The notes under the pieces were generated by a model, which saw nothing but the letters and a program-made list of their open reading frames with translations, did no database searches and was not told the DNA's origin. From Patescibacteria group bacterium (GTDB lineage Bacteria > Patescibacteriota > Patescibacteriia > UBA2196): 64,000 nt of DNA. The stretch is from assembly GCA_028748975.1 (NCBI GenBank), contig JAQTPI010000005.1:8933-72932 (forward strand). Direction: 5' to 3'. The position numbers and the translations under genes were made by a program. Below, in pieces: positions 30,372-39,999 of the stretch. The number at the start of each line of letters is the position of its first letter. The first letter of the stretch is position 1.

Positions 30372-31814
30372 ATGAAACTATTCAACACCCTTGGCCGGAA
30401 AATGGAAGAATTCAAGCCCATTAAAAAGGGCCGGGTTTTGATGTATCATTGCGGGCCGACGGTCTATTGGACGCAGCACCTGGGCAACATGCGCGCCATG
30501 GTGCTCGCCGATTTAATTCGCCGGAGTTTTGAATATCTGGATTATAAAATAAAATTTGTGAGAAATTATACTGATGTCGGACATATGGTTTCTAATGCTG
30601 ACGAGGGCGAAGATAAAATGGAAAAAGCCGCGAAGCGTGACCGACTTTCGCCGGATGAAGTGGCGGAAAAATATATTAAAATTTTTGAAGCCGATACCAA
30701 AGCTCTGAATATTTTGGAGCCAACTAAAAAACCACGGGCGACAGAATGCATTAAAGAAATTATTAAAATGGTACAAATTCTTTTAGAAAAAGGTTTTGCC
30801 TATTCCACTGATTTGGCAATTTATTTTGATGTGAGTAAAGCAAAAAATTATACGGCCCTTTCCAGACAAAATTTAGAAGAAAATATCAAGGACGCGGGCA
30901 AAGGCGAGGTTTTTGACCCGCAAAAAAAACGCGCCGCTGATTTCGCTTTGTGGTTTTTTAAAGCTGGCAGTCACCAAAATGCTTTACAGTTTTGGAAATC
31001 GCCTTTTTCTTCCCCACTTGTTAAAAATGGCGAAGGTTTTCCTGGCTGGCATATTGAATGCAGTGTTATGGCAAAGAAATTTTTGGGCGACACGATTGAC
31101 GTTCATATGGGCGGAATTGAACACGTGCCAGTGCATCACACTAATGAAATTGCGCAAAGCGAGGCGGCTAGTGGGGTTAAATTTGTCAATTATTGGCTTC
31201 ATAATGAGCATTTATTGGTTAATGATGGAAAGATGAGTAAATCCGCGGGTACGAGTTACACGGTGCAAGATATTTTGGACAAAGGTTATAATCCTTTGGT
31301 TTTACGTTATTTCTTTTTACAGGCACATTACCGGTCAAAACAGAATTTTACGTTTGAAGCGCTGGAAGCGGCAAAAATTGCATATAATAAATTAAGCGAA
31401 TTTTTGAGTGAACAGCCAACAATTAACAATCAACAATTAACAAAAGGCAAAACTACAGATTACAAATTACTAATTACAAATTACAAAAATAGATTTATAG
31501 ATTATATTTCCGATGATTTTAATGTTCCCGGCGCGCTATCTTTGATCTGGGAGATTATAAAAGACGGCACACTTTCCTACTCCGAGAAAAAAAAATTAAT
31601 TCTGGACTTTGATAAAGTTTTGGGTTTGGGTTTGGATAAAATTAAAAAAGAAAAAATTGAAATTCCGGCGAAGGTAAAAAATTTAGTTAAAGAACGGGAA
31701 AAGGCCCGAGCAGATAAGCATTGGCAAAAAGCTGACGAACTGCGAGATAAAATTTATGATTTAGGATTTACAATTGAAGACACGGCTGATGGCACAAAAA
31801 TTGAAAAAAAATAA
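30372..31814 (+). CDS. cysS: Cysteine--tRNA ligase
   Basis: CGPTVY, HLGN, PGWHIECS, KMSKS. Confidence 0.97.
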   Translation: MKLFNTLGRKMEEFKPIKKGRVLMYHCGPTVYWTQHLGNMRAMVLADLIRRSFEYLDYKIKFVRNYTDVGHMVSNADEGEDKMEKAAKRDRLSPDEVAEKYIKIFEADTKALNILEPTKKPRATECIKEIIKMVQILLEKGFAYSTDLAIYFDVSKAKNYTALSRQNLEENIKDAGKGEVFDPQKKRAADFALWFFKAGSHQNALQFWKSPFSSPLVKNGEGFPGWHIECSVMAKKFLGDTIDVHMGGIEHVPVHHTNEIAQSEAASGVKFVNYWLHNEHLLVNDGKMSKSAGTSYTVQDILDKGYNPLVLRYFFLQAHYRSKQNFTFEALEAAKIAYNKLSEFLSEQPTINNQQLTKGKTTDYKLLITNYKNRFIDYISDDFNVPGALSLIWEIIKDGTLSYSEKKKLILDFDKVLGLGLDKIKKEKIEIPAKVKNLVKEREKARADKHWQKADELRDKIYDLGFTIEDTADGTKIEKK

Positions 31815-31851
31815 AGGCCGACGAAAGTCGACCTTTTTGATTGTATTGAAT

Positions 31852-32553
31852 TTATATCTTGAAGGGAACCCGCATCTTATCATCTACTTGATGTGTTCTG
31901 TAGTATTCATCGTCACGCCACTCATTAAAACCGGGGACAGAGGGATTGGGGGGTGTAAATTTACTTTGCCAGTAAATTGGCTTCCAGTCCGTATCATTAC
32001 CAATCATCATATCACAATCATTAACAGGCACTAATTGCTTTGTCAACGCGCACATAACTTTAATGCCAATATTAAATTTTGCACAACCAGCGCCAGAATG
32101 AAAATCATATTTACTTGGCACAAATGGGCTAATGCCTCGTTTGTAACATTCAGATCGTGGCGCATAAGACGGCGTATAATAACCCGAAGGATCAGTCCAA
32201 TCGTTAGTAGAAACAGTTTCGTCTCCCCAATGTTCCAGATGATTTGCTTTCAATTGTTCAAGTTTTTTTGCCTCTGCCCCAATACGTTGACCTTCTTTTA
32301 TGTACCAGGGTTTTTTCTTATAGTCTAAATCCGGATAGGTTTTTAGTCCGGATGGCGCTTTAAAGGTCTTGAAAATCAAGCTTCCAATCACCGGGAGATT
32401 ACACTGGCTGGCGAAAATTCGCCATTTTTCATTGTTGTATTCCTGAATCGGCCGAGAATGGATGATTTGTTTATTCACCAGCGCCGCGGCTTGGATATCC
32501 AGCCATTCTTCAAAATTAACTATTTCTAAACATTGCTGGCAACCCTTTTGCAT
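31852..32553 (-). CDS. Hypothetical Cys-containing protein
   Basis: AGGAGG SD before ATG at 32553 (MQKGCQQC). Confidence 0.6.
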   Translation of the reverse strand: MQKGCQQCLEIVNFEEWLDIQAAALVNKQIIHSRPIQEYNNEKWRIFASQCNLPVIGSLIFKTFKAPSGLKTYPDLDYKKKPWYIKEGQRIGAEAKKLEQLKANHLEHWGDETVSTNDWTDPSGYYTPSYAPRSECYKRGISPFVPSKYDFHSGAGCAKFNIGIKVMCALTKQLVPVNDCDMMIGNDTDWKPIYWQSKFTPPNPSVPGFNEWRDDEYYRTHQVDDKMRVPFKI

Positions 32554-32587
32554 TTTTTCCTCCTGGTTTTTTGGTAACGACAGGTAT

Positions 32588-32764
32588 TTATCTTGTTTTG
32601 TTTTTTTGTCTTTTAGAAGCTGATTTGATTTTACTGGCCGTAAAATCCTTCCATAATTTATCACCGTCGGTTTGTCCGATTTCGTCCGTGCGCAGGACGT
32701 TTGTAGGTTTGATTTTTTCTTTTTGAATTAGAGAGAGTTCCGCTTGCTTTTTTCCCTTTTTCAT
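32588..32764 (-). CDS. Small basic hypothetical protein (58 aa)
   Basis: AAGGAGG SD; MKKGKKQAELSLIQKEK...; below the ORF-track cutoff. Confidence 0.5.
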   Translation of the reverse strand: MKKGKKQAELSLIQKEKIKPTNVLRTDEIGQTDGDKLWKDFTASKIKSASKRQKNKTR

Positions 32765-32824
32765 ACTTCCTCCTTGGTTTTGAGTTGATAAAGATCAAAT
32801 TTTATGATAAAATTATCTTAGCAT

Positions 32825-33901
32825 ATGCCTATTTTTTGGTCAAAATTTAAGAAACCGATTCTGGCTTTGGCGCCGATGGCCGGGTACACAGACTCGGCTT
32901 TTCGCATTTTATGTTTGGAAAACGGCGCGGATGTGGTTTACACAGAAATGATTTCCGCCGAAGGACTGGCGCGGCAAAACAAGAAAACATTAAAGATGTT
33001 GGAATTTTTACCGGGCGAGAAAAATGTGATTGTGCAGTTGTTTGGAACAAATCCGGAGGCTTTTGGGAAAGCAACGGAGATTATAGGTAAAAGATCCCAT
33101 CGGTCCGCCGTCAGCGGACCTCGGGATGACATCAACCCCATCGTGGGGATTGATGTCAACTTCGGCTGTCCAGCCAAAAAGGTTTTTCATACCGGCGCTG
33201 GGGCGGCACTCATGAATAATAAAAAAATGGCGCGAGAGATTGTGGAGGCGGTTTTAAAAAATACTAAGCTGCCGGTGTCCATTAAAATTCGCAGTCAAGT
33301 GAAAAACACCACGGCAGAAGAATTTATAGAATATCTGAAAGATCTGCCAATCGCCATGGTGATGGTTCATGGCCGGACACTGGCGCAGGGTTTTTCTGGC
33401 GAGATTAATTATGAAGCGATAAAAAACATTAAAAAACTTTTACCAAAAGTGATTGTTCTTGGTAATGGCGGAATCAATTCAGTGGAAGACGCGAGAATAA
33501 TGTTGGAAAAAACCGGTTGTGATGGGGTGGGTATTGCTAGAGGCGCGTTAGGCCAGCCGTGGATATTTGGAGATATAAAAAAATATTACAACCACCCTGG
33601 TCCGATACTACATCGGACCACCCCTCCTTTAAAAGGAGGGGATGCCACCGTCGCTATCCTCCCCTTTCGAAGGGGAGGTGCTCCGACCGCAGTCGGAGCG
33701 GAGGGGTTGAAGATCTGGCCGGAAATAAAATCTACCATGCTTGCTCATGCCAAGCTTTTTCTCAAACAAAATGAAAATTTAATTCCTCTGCGCAAACACT
33801 TAGTTCATTATGTCAAAGGTCTGCCGAACGCTTCGGAATTGCGGCAGAAATTGATTCAAGTGGAAACATTGGCGGAGCTTGAGAAAATTTTAAAGAAATA
33901 A
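32825..33901 (+). CDS. dusB: tRNA-dihydrouridine synthase (DusB-like)
   Basis: LAPMAG, NFGCP, VHGRT, NGGI, IARG. Confidence 0.92.
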   Translation: MPIFWSKFKKPILALAPMAGYTDSAFRILCLENGADVVYTEMISAEGLARQNKKTLKMLEFLPGEKNVIVQLFGTNPEAFGKATEIIGKRSHRSAVSGPRDDINPIVGIDVNFGCPAKKVFHTGAGAALMNNKKMAREIVEAVLKNTKLPVSIKIRSQVKNTTAEEFIEYLKDLPIAMVMVHGRTLAQGFSGEINYEAIKNIKKLLPKVIVLGNGGINSVEDARIMLEKTGCDGVGIARGALGQPWIFGDIKKYYNHPGPILHRTTPPLKGGDATVAILPFRRGGAPTAVGAEGLKIWPEIKSTMLAHAKLFLKQNENLIPLRKHLVHYVKGLPNASELRQKLIQVETLAELEKILKK

Positions 33902-33941
33902 AAAGGCCGTCGTGAGATGCGACGGCTTTGCACAAATATTT

Positions 33942-34226
33942 TTATTGGCTGTATTTTTTGAGCCAATTTTCAACTTCTGATAGATGAAGGCCCGAAATCA
34001 GAGCAAGAGCTTTCTTGTTGCGTTTACCACCAATGTTGTGGATTTCAAAAAATCTCCAACAAAGGTTTCCCGCAAGATTCCGGTAAAATCTTCGAAAATC
34101 ATTTACGAGTTTTTTACTTTCCTTCATTGATGAAAAACGAGAAAATCTTATCTCAATAACCAGAAAACCATCGCTTACTCCGGCTGTAAAAAAATCTTCT
34201 CGTTCTACTATTGTTGTTCTAAGCAT
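33942..34226 (-). CDS. Hypothetical protein
   Basis: 94-aa ORF with a GGGGG SD-like run. Confidence 0.5.
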   Translation of the reverse strand: MLRTTIVEREDFFTAGVSDGFLVIEIRFSRFSSMKESKKLVNDFRRFYRNLAGNLCWRFFEIHNIGGKRNKKALALISGLHLSEVENWLKKYSQ

Positions 34227-34377
34227 GACTAATTCCCCCTGTTTAGTTTTTCCTCCAATAATGAATTGTGTTTTTACCTTATCATAGTTAATTTAATAAT
34301 GTCAAATAACCTTGAGATCCCTCGGCTCTTAACTTCCCTATGAGGCCGCTCGGGATAAACTGCTGAATTAAAACAAT

Positions 34378-35310
34378 CTACGGCTGTAAAATATCTTCAG
34401 TCCGGCCGTTGATGGAAATTATGATGCTACTGACGGTGGAAAATTGTTTTAGAGTTTCGGAAATTTGCGCGCGGATGGCCGTGACGCGGCAAGAACCACC
34501 CACCCCACTCTCCAAATCAGAACTGAAATCTACTTTGGCCACGCCGTCTGTAATTTCTAATTTTTGAATTTTCACGCCAGCAGGAATGGTGGTGGTAAAA
34601 CCTAAATCTTTTTCGGCCTGGCTCGGGCCTTTCAAAAGTTCTTCCAAAGCCACGCGGGCGATGCCTTCAGTTTTATCCACTTCCCTTTCCACCGCTAAAA
34701 ATTTGCTGCAATCATAATCAGTGGACGCGTCCAGTTCGGAATTTTGAAAAAATACTTTCACTTTTATTTTTCCGTTTGATTTTAGGTATTGTATCGGGAT
34801 GTTTAAACTGTCATTGTTTTGCGGCAAACCCGACGGATTATCGCGCGCTAAAATTAGGCGGCCGCTGCCATCGGCGGAAGCGATATATTTTAATTCTGCC
34901 TGAAAAGGCACAAAATTTTCCGTCATCCAATCACTCTGGGCTTCCGCGATGCCGGTACCCAAAACATTGCCTTGCGCGTCAATTAATTTAACCGGAAACG
35001 AGGCTTCAAAAAACCAAAAGCCGCGCGCCTGACCTTTAATAATAATTGGATTCCCCACCAAGGTGAGCGGCCGCGGTTCGTCCACTCGAATGGTATTTTC
35101 TTTTTCCAATAAATTTCCAATATCTTCAGTAAAAGTTTTTCCATTAGCATTACAGCGCCTGGGATAACTTTCCATAATTGGATTGCCGGCGGCCGCGCAG
35201 TCGGCAAAATTTGTTATTTCAGTTTTCTCCGGTCGGTAGAATTGATGGTAAGCAAAATAACCCGCGACAATAATCAATAAAATGACGATAAAAGTAAGGA
35301 GTTTTTTCAT
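34378..35310 (-). CDS. Gmad2 Ig-like + GerMN domain protein
   Basis: G.W.FEASFPV, DNPSGLP, LLKGP, GGSCRV..I..QI..TL.QF. Confidence 0.88.
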   Translation of the reverse strand: MKKLLTFIVILLIIVAGYFAYHQFYRPEKTEITNFADCAAAGNPIMESYPRRCNANGKTFTEDIGNLLEKENTIRVDEPRPLTLVGNPIIIKGQARGFWFFEASFPVKLIDAQGNVLGTGIAEAQSDWMTENFVPFQAELKYIASADGSGRLILARDNPSGLPQNNDSLNIPIQYLKSNGKIKVKVFFQNSELDASTDYDCSKFLAVEREVDKTEGIARVALEELLKGPSQAEKDLGFTTTIPAGVKIQKLEITDGVAKVDFSSDLESGVGGSCRVTAIRAQISETLKQFSTVSSIIISINGRTEDILQP

Positions 35311-35392
35311 ATTTTTTGAATATTTAATTAAATTAAGTGTAGCAAAAATACAATAAAAAATCCACCTCTTGGCTCTAGGTATTTAATTGAAC

Positions 35393-35421
35393 TTGACAAA
35401 GATTCAATCTTATACTATACT
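35393..35421 (+). promoter_or_regulatory. Sigma70 promoter of the vWA gene
   Basis: TTGACA-N17-TATACT. Confidence 0.65.
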
Positions 35422-35604
35422 TAATAATTGTACGTTTCCAAATTAAAGCAAGGAGGTAAAAATAGCCATAAAATGGCGTATGTAACATTAATTAAGAGAA
35501 TGAATTAAACTTATTAACCCAAAATACAAGGAGGAATAAAAACAAACAAAAGTGGGGTAATTTTAACTGAATTTACTAACCCAAAACAGGAAAGCGAGGA
35601 ATTA

Positions 35605-36675
35605 ATGGAAACACCAAAGGGCGTGGATGTAGCAATCAGTTTTGACACGACGGGTTCAATGTATCCGTGTCTGACGCAGGTGCGTAGGCACGTGGAACAG
35701 ACCGCTCGCAGATTATTTCGGGATATTTCCGGTTTGCGACTGGCCATTATCGCCCATGGTGACTACTGCGACGCGAGTCGAACATATGTCACCAAGAAAA
35801 TGGATTTTTCAACCAATCTGGAAGCCATCTGCCGGTTTGTCAGAACAGTCGGGGCGACTAATGGTGGCGACTCGCCCGAGTGCTACGAATTGGTACTCCG
35901 AGAAGCGCGTGGTTTGAGTTGGCAGGCCGGAAACGAGAAGGTGCTCGTGATGATCGGCGATGACGTGCCGCACGAAAAAAACTATCCTTTAAATAAGGAT
36001 CGGATTGACTGGCGCAATGAGCTTGAACTGCTCCTGGAAGCAGGAATCCATGTTTATGGCGTTCACGCCATGCCGGGAATCCGACAGCATTCAAGACATT
36101 TTTACAAAGAGATTGCCAGTAAAACCAAAGGTTATTATCTGACCCTGGACCAATTCTCCGCCATCGTCGACATCATTTTCGCCATCTGCTACAAGCAAGC
36201 CGGCAACGGAAGCCTGAAAAATTTCCAGCAGGAAATTCGAGGGGAAGGGCGCATGAGCCGTAATATGGCCTTCGTTTTTCAAATGCTGACCGGCGAGCCG
36301 ATGGAGGTGGTAGCGTCCTACAACGGTCTGGTTCCCGTTCCGGCCGGACGCTTTCAAGTTCTTCGAGTCGATGAAGACCAAGCGATTCGTGATTTCGTCG
36401 AAGATCAAGGGCTGGTTTTTAAAACCGGCCGAGGCTTCTATCAATTCACGAAGTCCGAGATGATTCAGGAGAAAAAAGAAGTCGTCCTGATGGACAAAAA
36501 TACGGGCGATATGTTTTCCGGCGAAGAAGCCCGTCGAATCATCGGCCTTCCTTTCGGCATGAGAGGTAAAATCAAACCGGTGAGTCTGGAGCAGTTCAAT
36601 ATCTTCGTGCAGAGCACTTCCTACAACAGGAAGTTGATTGGCGGAAGTCTGTTTTTGTACGAAGTGACGGATTAA
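35605..36675 (+). CDS. von Willebrand factor A domain protein
   Basis: MIDAS DTTGSM, HGDYCD, GGDSPECYE, IGDDVPH; terminator at 36691-36723. Confidence 0.88.
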   Translation: METPKGVDVAISFDTTGSMYPCLTQVRRHVEQTARRLFRDISGLRLAIIAHGDYCDASRTYVTKKMDFSTNLEAICRFVRTVGATNGGDSPECYELVLREARGLSWQAGNEKVLVMIGDDVPHEKNYPLNKDRIDWRNELELLLEAGIHVYGVHAMPGIRQHSRHFYKEIASKTKGYYLTLDQFSAIVDIIFAICYKQAGNGSLKNFQQEIRGEGRMSRNMAFVFQMLTGEPMEVVASYNGLVPVPAGRFQVLRVDEDQAIRDFVEDQGLVFKTGRGFYQFTKSEMIQEKKEVVLMDKNTGDMFSGEEARRIIGLPFGMRGKIKPVSLEQFNIFVQSTSYNRKLIGGSLFLYEVTD

Positions 36676-36787
36676 TAATACAATGTGTTTAAAGAGCCTG
36701 TATTCAATACGGGCTCTTTTTTTATTATTTATCATTAACTGGACGCTAAGTTTAATAAACTGATAAACAAACAAAAAATCTGTTAAA

Positions 36788-36975
36788 CTCCGGGGGTCCC
36801 GATGTGATATCGGGACGAAATCCACGTTAACCCGCCTGCCTGCGCTATGCTCTGGGGGAAGGAATCGAACCTTCACTAACCACGTTAACAGCGTGGCGTT
36901 TTACCATTAAACTACCCCAGAGCGCAGAGCATTGCGGGCAGGCAGCGTGGCGTTGTACCACTCAACTACCCCGGA
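36788..36975 (-). pseudogene. Outer, interrupted tRNA-Asn-like gene
   Basis: TCCGGGG/CCCCGGA-G acceptor, GTTG/CAAC D-arm and CCACG/CGTGG anticodon stem; loop interrupted by a ~110-nt insert; T-arm replaced by a REP-like palindrome. Confidence 0.75.
36850..36921 (-). tRNA. tRNA-Asn(GTT), nested inner copy
   Basis: Complete cloverleaf; CCACG-CTGTTAA-CGTGG; TTCGATT loop. Confidence 0.92.
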
Positions 36976-37146
36976 GCTCAACAGATTAATTTATTATAAA
37001 AACCGGCTTAATTGGCCGGTTTTTATACTTTTATAAATAAGATAAAATCCGGCCTATTTTGGGTCGTTATTATTGTTATTATTATTGTTATTAAATTTTA
37101 TGGTCATAACTATTTAAGTATAGCAAAATTATGTAATAAAGTCAAG

Positions 37147-37623
37147 TTATTTAAAATAATAGGCAATCCAGCGACCAAGATAGAAAGAAACTACCATCAC
37201 GACAAGGGCGATGGAAAGATGTTCGCGAATAACAGGAAAAACCTTTTTCTTTTCACTTTTGGCCAGACGATAACTTTGTAAAATTAAAATTATAGCTCCC
37301 CAGGCAAAAGCAAAATACATGGCAGTATGAACAGGAAAAAGCAAAACACTGACAACAAAGGTACAGGCAAAAATAGCTTTAAATAAAAAAGTAAAAAATG
37401 TCGCTTGCCAAACCTCTTTGTTGGAAAAATTACCTTCTGATTCTTTGGCGACATGCACACCTAAAGCATCGGAACAAGAATCAGCCACAGCGATGGTTAA
37501 AATACCACCAATGAGAACCAGTCTGGAACCAGTGCTGGATTCCAAACCGGTCATGAGGCCGAGAGTGGTAATGGTGGCCGAGGTTAAACCAAAACCCATG
37601 CCAACGCGTAAACTTTTAAGCAT
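37147..37623 (-). CDS. VIT1/CCC1-like membrane protein
   Basis: FGLTSATITTLGL...IAVADS.SDALG.H..KESE. Confidence 0.75.
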   Translation of the reverse strand: MLKSLRVGMGFGLTSATITTLGLMTGLESSTGSRLVLIGGILTIAVADSCSDALGVHVAKESEGNFSNKEVWQATFFTFLFKAIFACTFVVSVLLFPVHTAMYFAFAWGAIILILQSYRLAKSEKKKVFPVIREHLSIALVVMVVSFYLGRWIAYYFK

Positions 37624-37654
37624 AAATTTATAGTTAATAAGTTATTACGCAAAC

Positions 37655-37725
37655 CTCGGGGATATGGATTCGAACCACAATTAAGTGCTTCAGAGGCACC
37701 TGTCCTACCATTAGACGATCCCCGA
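37655..37725 (-). tRNA. tRNA-Gln(CTG)
   Basis: Cloverleaf; GGTGC-CTCTGAA-GCACT. Confidence 0.93.
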
Positions 37726-37775
37726 GGTTTACATAATAAAAATATTCTATCTGATTTTTTTTAAAAAAGCAAGAC

Positions 37776-38693
37776 TTAAACCCGGAGATGTTTACCCATA
37801 GCGATGAGAGTGGAAATTAAATTCAAGAAAATTATGGCCAGCAGTTCAAAACCGAAAATATAGAAGAAATTATGCAAGAGATAATCAACTAAATTGAATT
37901 TAATATCGGCAAAAAAACTGTGGACCGAGGGCGCCAGAAAATTGAGGCCGATAAAAAACAGAATCCAAAAAACCAAACAGCCCAGAAGCGCGTACATGAC
38001 GCTTTCCACCAAAAACGGCCCGCGAATGAACCAATTGGAAGCGCCGACCAGTTTCATGATGCTAATTTCATCGCGATGGACATAGATGCCCATGCGAATG
38101 GTATTCAAAACCACCAAAAGCGAAATGAGAGCGAAAACGATGCTTAAAATCAGGCCAATTTGCTTGATTTTGGCGCTGACGCTTTCAATACGCTCAATGA
38201 TTAACTGATGATCATCATAATCAATTTCTTTGGTGATTTCATCAATTTTAAAATCCTGAATGCTTTTTAAAATTATCGGATAATTTTTAAGATCATCGGC
38301 TTTGACGGTTAAAACGGGACCCAAGGGATTTGTTTCAATTTCTTTTAGAGCTTCTTGAATTAATTCATCACCGCTGTGAGTTTGTTTAAAAAGTTCCAGG
38401 GCAGAATCGGCGGAAACATAATTGACGGCCACGACATGAGACATTTTTTCAATTTGATTTCTAATCAAAGTTACTTGTTCCTCTTTAGCGCCAGCTTCAA
38501 AATAGAGTGAGATGTCCACCCGATCTTTGACCGCGGTTACCGCCTGTTCCGTCACCACATTGATTAAAATTAAAGTCGTTAAAGAAAAAACAGTTAAAAC
38601 AATAATAGTGACGGTCACCAAAGACAGCCAGATGTTTCGAAGAAACGACTGGAAGGCGAAACGGAGAATGCGGGTGAAAGATAAGATAAACAT
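37776..38693 (-). CDS. ftsX: Cell division permease FtsX
   Basis: NTIR...EI.IMKLVGAS.WFIRGPF; downstream of ftsE. Confidence 0.93.
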   Translation of the reverse strand: MFILSFTRILRFAFQSFLRNIWLSLVTVTIIVLTVFSLTTLILINVVTEQAVTAVKDRVDISLYFEAGAKEEQVTLIRNQIEKMSHVVAVNYVSADSALELFKQTHSGDELIQEALKEIETNPLGPVLTVKADDLKNYPIILKSIQDFKIDEITKEIDYDDHQLIIERIESVSAKIKQIGLILSIVFALISLLVVLNTIRMGIYVHRDEISIMKLVGASNWFIRGPFLVESVMYALLGCLVFWILFFIGLNFLAPSVHSFFADIKFNLVDYLLHNFFYIFGFELLAIIFLNLISTLIAMGKHLRV

Positions 38694-38913
38694 AGTTAGT
38701 AGCCTGCCCTGAGCGAAGGTCCGACAATAGTCGGACCGGAGTCGAAGGGCCCCAGATGAAATTGGGCGGATTATAAATCCCGAATTAAAATTTATAATTT
38801 TGAGCCTTTTATTTCCTTATTTCTTTATATCTTTATCAATTATCACTTCGGCCACGGGATCCTTCGTCCTCCGACATAATGTCGGAGTCCTCAGGATAAA
38901 CTTAATAAAAAAA

Positions 38914-39609
38914 CTATAAAATATATTTTCCTCTTTCCTGATCGGCGACAATTTGTCCATTATCAATCGTCACTACTCTCTTTTTCAAAGCGTTAACCAC
39001 TTCGCGATTATGGCTGACAAGCAGGATAGTGGTGCCAAGTTCATTAATTTTCATTAGGAGATCAATAATTTCACGTGTATTGATGGCGTCAAGATTGCCG
39101 GTGGGTTCATCGGCCACTAAAATTTTGGGACGATGAGAAAGAGCACGCGCGATAGAAACGCGCTGCTGTTCGCCACCGGAAAGCTGGTCGGGGAATCTTT
39201 CATGTTTTTCTTCCAGACCGACAATTTTTAGAACTTGCGGCACAATTTTGTTTATTTTCTCCATGGGTTCACCAGCCACTTGCAGAGCAAAAGCCACATT
39301 TTCTTCCACTGTTTTTCTGGGTAAAAGCTTGTAATCCTGAAAAACCACGCCGATTTGACGGCGCAAAATGGGCACGTGACGGGCGGGAATGTTCGTGATG
39401 TCCCAACCACCAACAATAATCCTGCCTTTGGTCGGCCTTTCTTCCGCAATTAAAACTTTAATTAAGGTTGTCTTGCCGGTGCCGGACTGGCCCACAATGG
39501 AAACAAATTCTCCCGGTGCCACATGAAAATCCACGTCGCGCAGGGCGTGGGTGTTCGGCGGATAAACCTTGGTGACGTTTTTAAAATGGATCATGAAATT
39601 TTCACTCAA
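38914..39609 (-). CDS. ftsE: Cell division ATP-binding protein FtsE
   Basis: GQSGTGKTT, VFQDYKLL, LSGGEQQR, ADEPTGNLD. Confidence 0.93.
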   Translation of the reverse strand: MSENFMIHFKNVTKVYPPNTHALRDVDFHVAPGEFVSIVGQSGTGKTTLIKVLIAEERPTKGRIIVGGWDITNIPARHVPILRRQIGVVFQDYKLLPRKTVEENVAFALQVAGEPMEKINKIVPQVLKIVGLEEKHERFPDQLSGGEQQRVSIARALSHRPKILVADEPTGNLDAINTREIIDLLMKINELGTTILLVSHNREVVNALKKRVVTIDNGQIVADQERGKYIL

Positions 39610-39937
39610 TTTTTAATAACGGTACAACATCAATCGCCGGTTCTTCGTAAGGATGATTTTCTTTTACGGCTTTTAAAACTTGTTCTAATTTTTCTTTATG
39701 ACAAATTGTTTCTATTAATTCTTCCGGCACTTCTTCAAATTTTCCAATCTCTCCAATTGTTGGATTGGCGCCAGTGAGCGGATGAAATCTACCGATTCCT
39801 GAATAAGAAAAAGAACAGAAATCATAATTTCCTTGAATACCGGCACCAGCTTCGCCCAAAGTTTTACGTAATTTATCAGCCGCTTCGCCGGCTGGCACAG
39901 TAATTCTTATTTTTACAAAATCAGATTCTCTAATCAT
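39602..39937 (-). CDS. YqfO/NIF3 PII-like insert domain protein
   Basis: AGAG..GNYD.CSF...G.GRF.P..GANP.IG...HPYEEPA. Confidence 0.85.
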   Translation of the reverse strand: MIRESDFVKIRITVPAGEAADKLRKTLGEAGAGIQGNYDFCSFSYSGIGRFHPLTGANPTIGEIGKFEEVPEELIETICHKEKLEQVLKAVKENHPYEEPAIDVVPLLKIE

Positions 39938-39999
39938 AAATTGATTATTCTCTGGATTCCCGCTTTCGCGGGAATGACAACAAACTATTAAAACAATTT

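Noticed and set aside
36091-36876. 261-aa minus-strand ORF
   Set aside because: Antisense shadow of the vWA gene, starting inside a tRNA.
36832-36943. Group I intron in the tRNA-Asn anticodon loop
   Set aside because: The insert follows U33 and ends in G, but is only ~110 nt, is mostly a tRNA and has no P3-P7 core.
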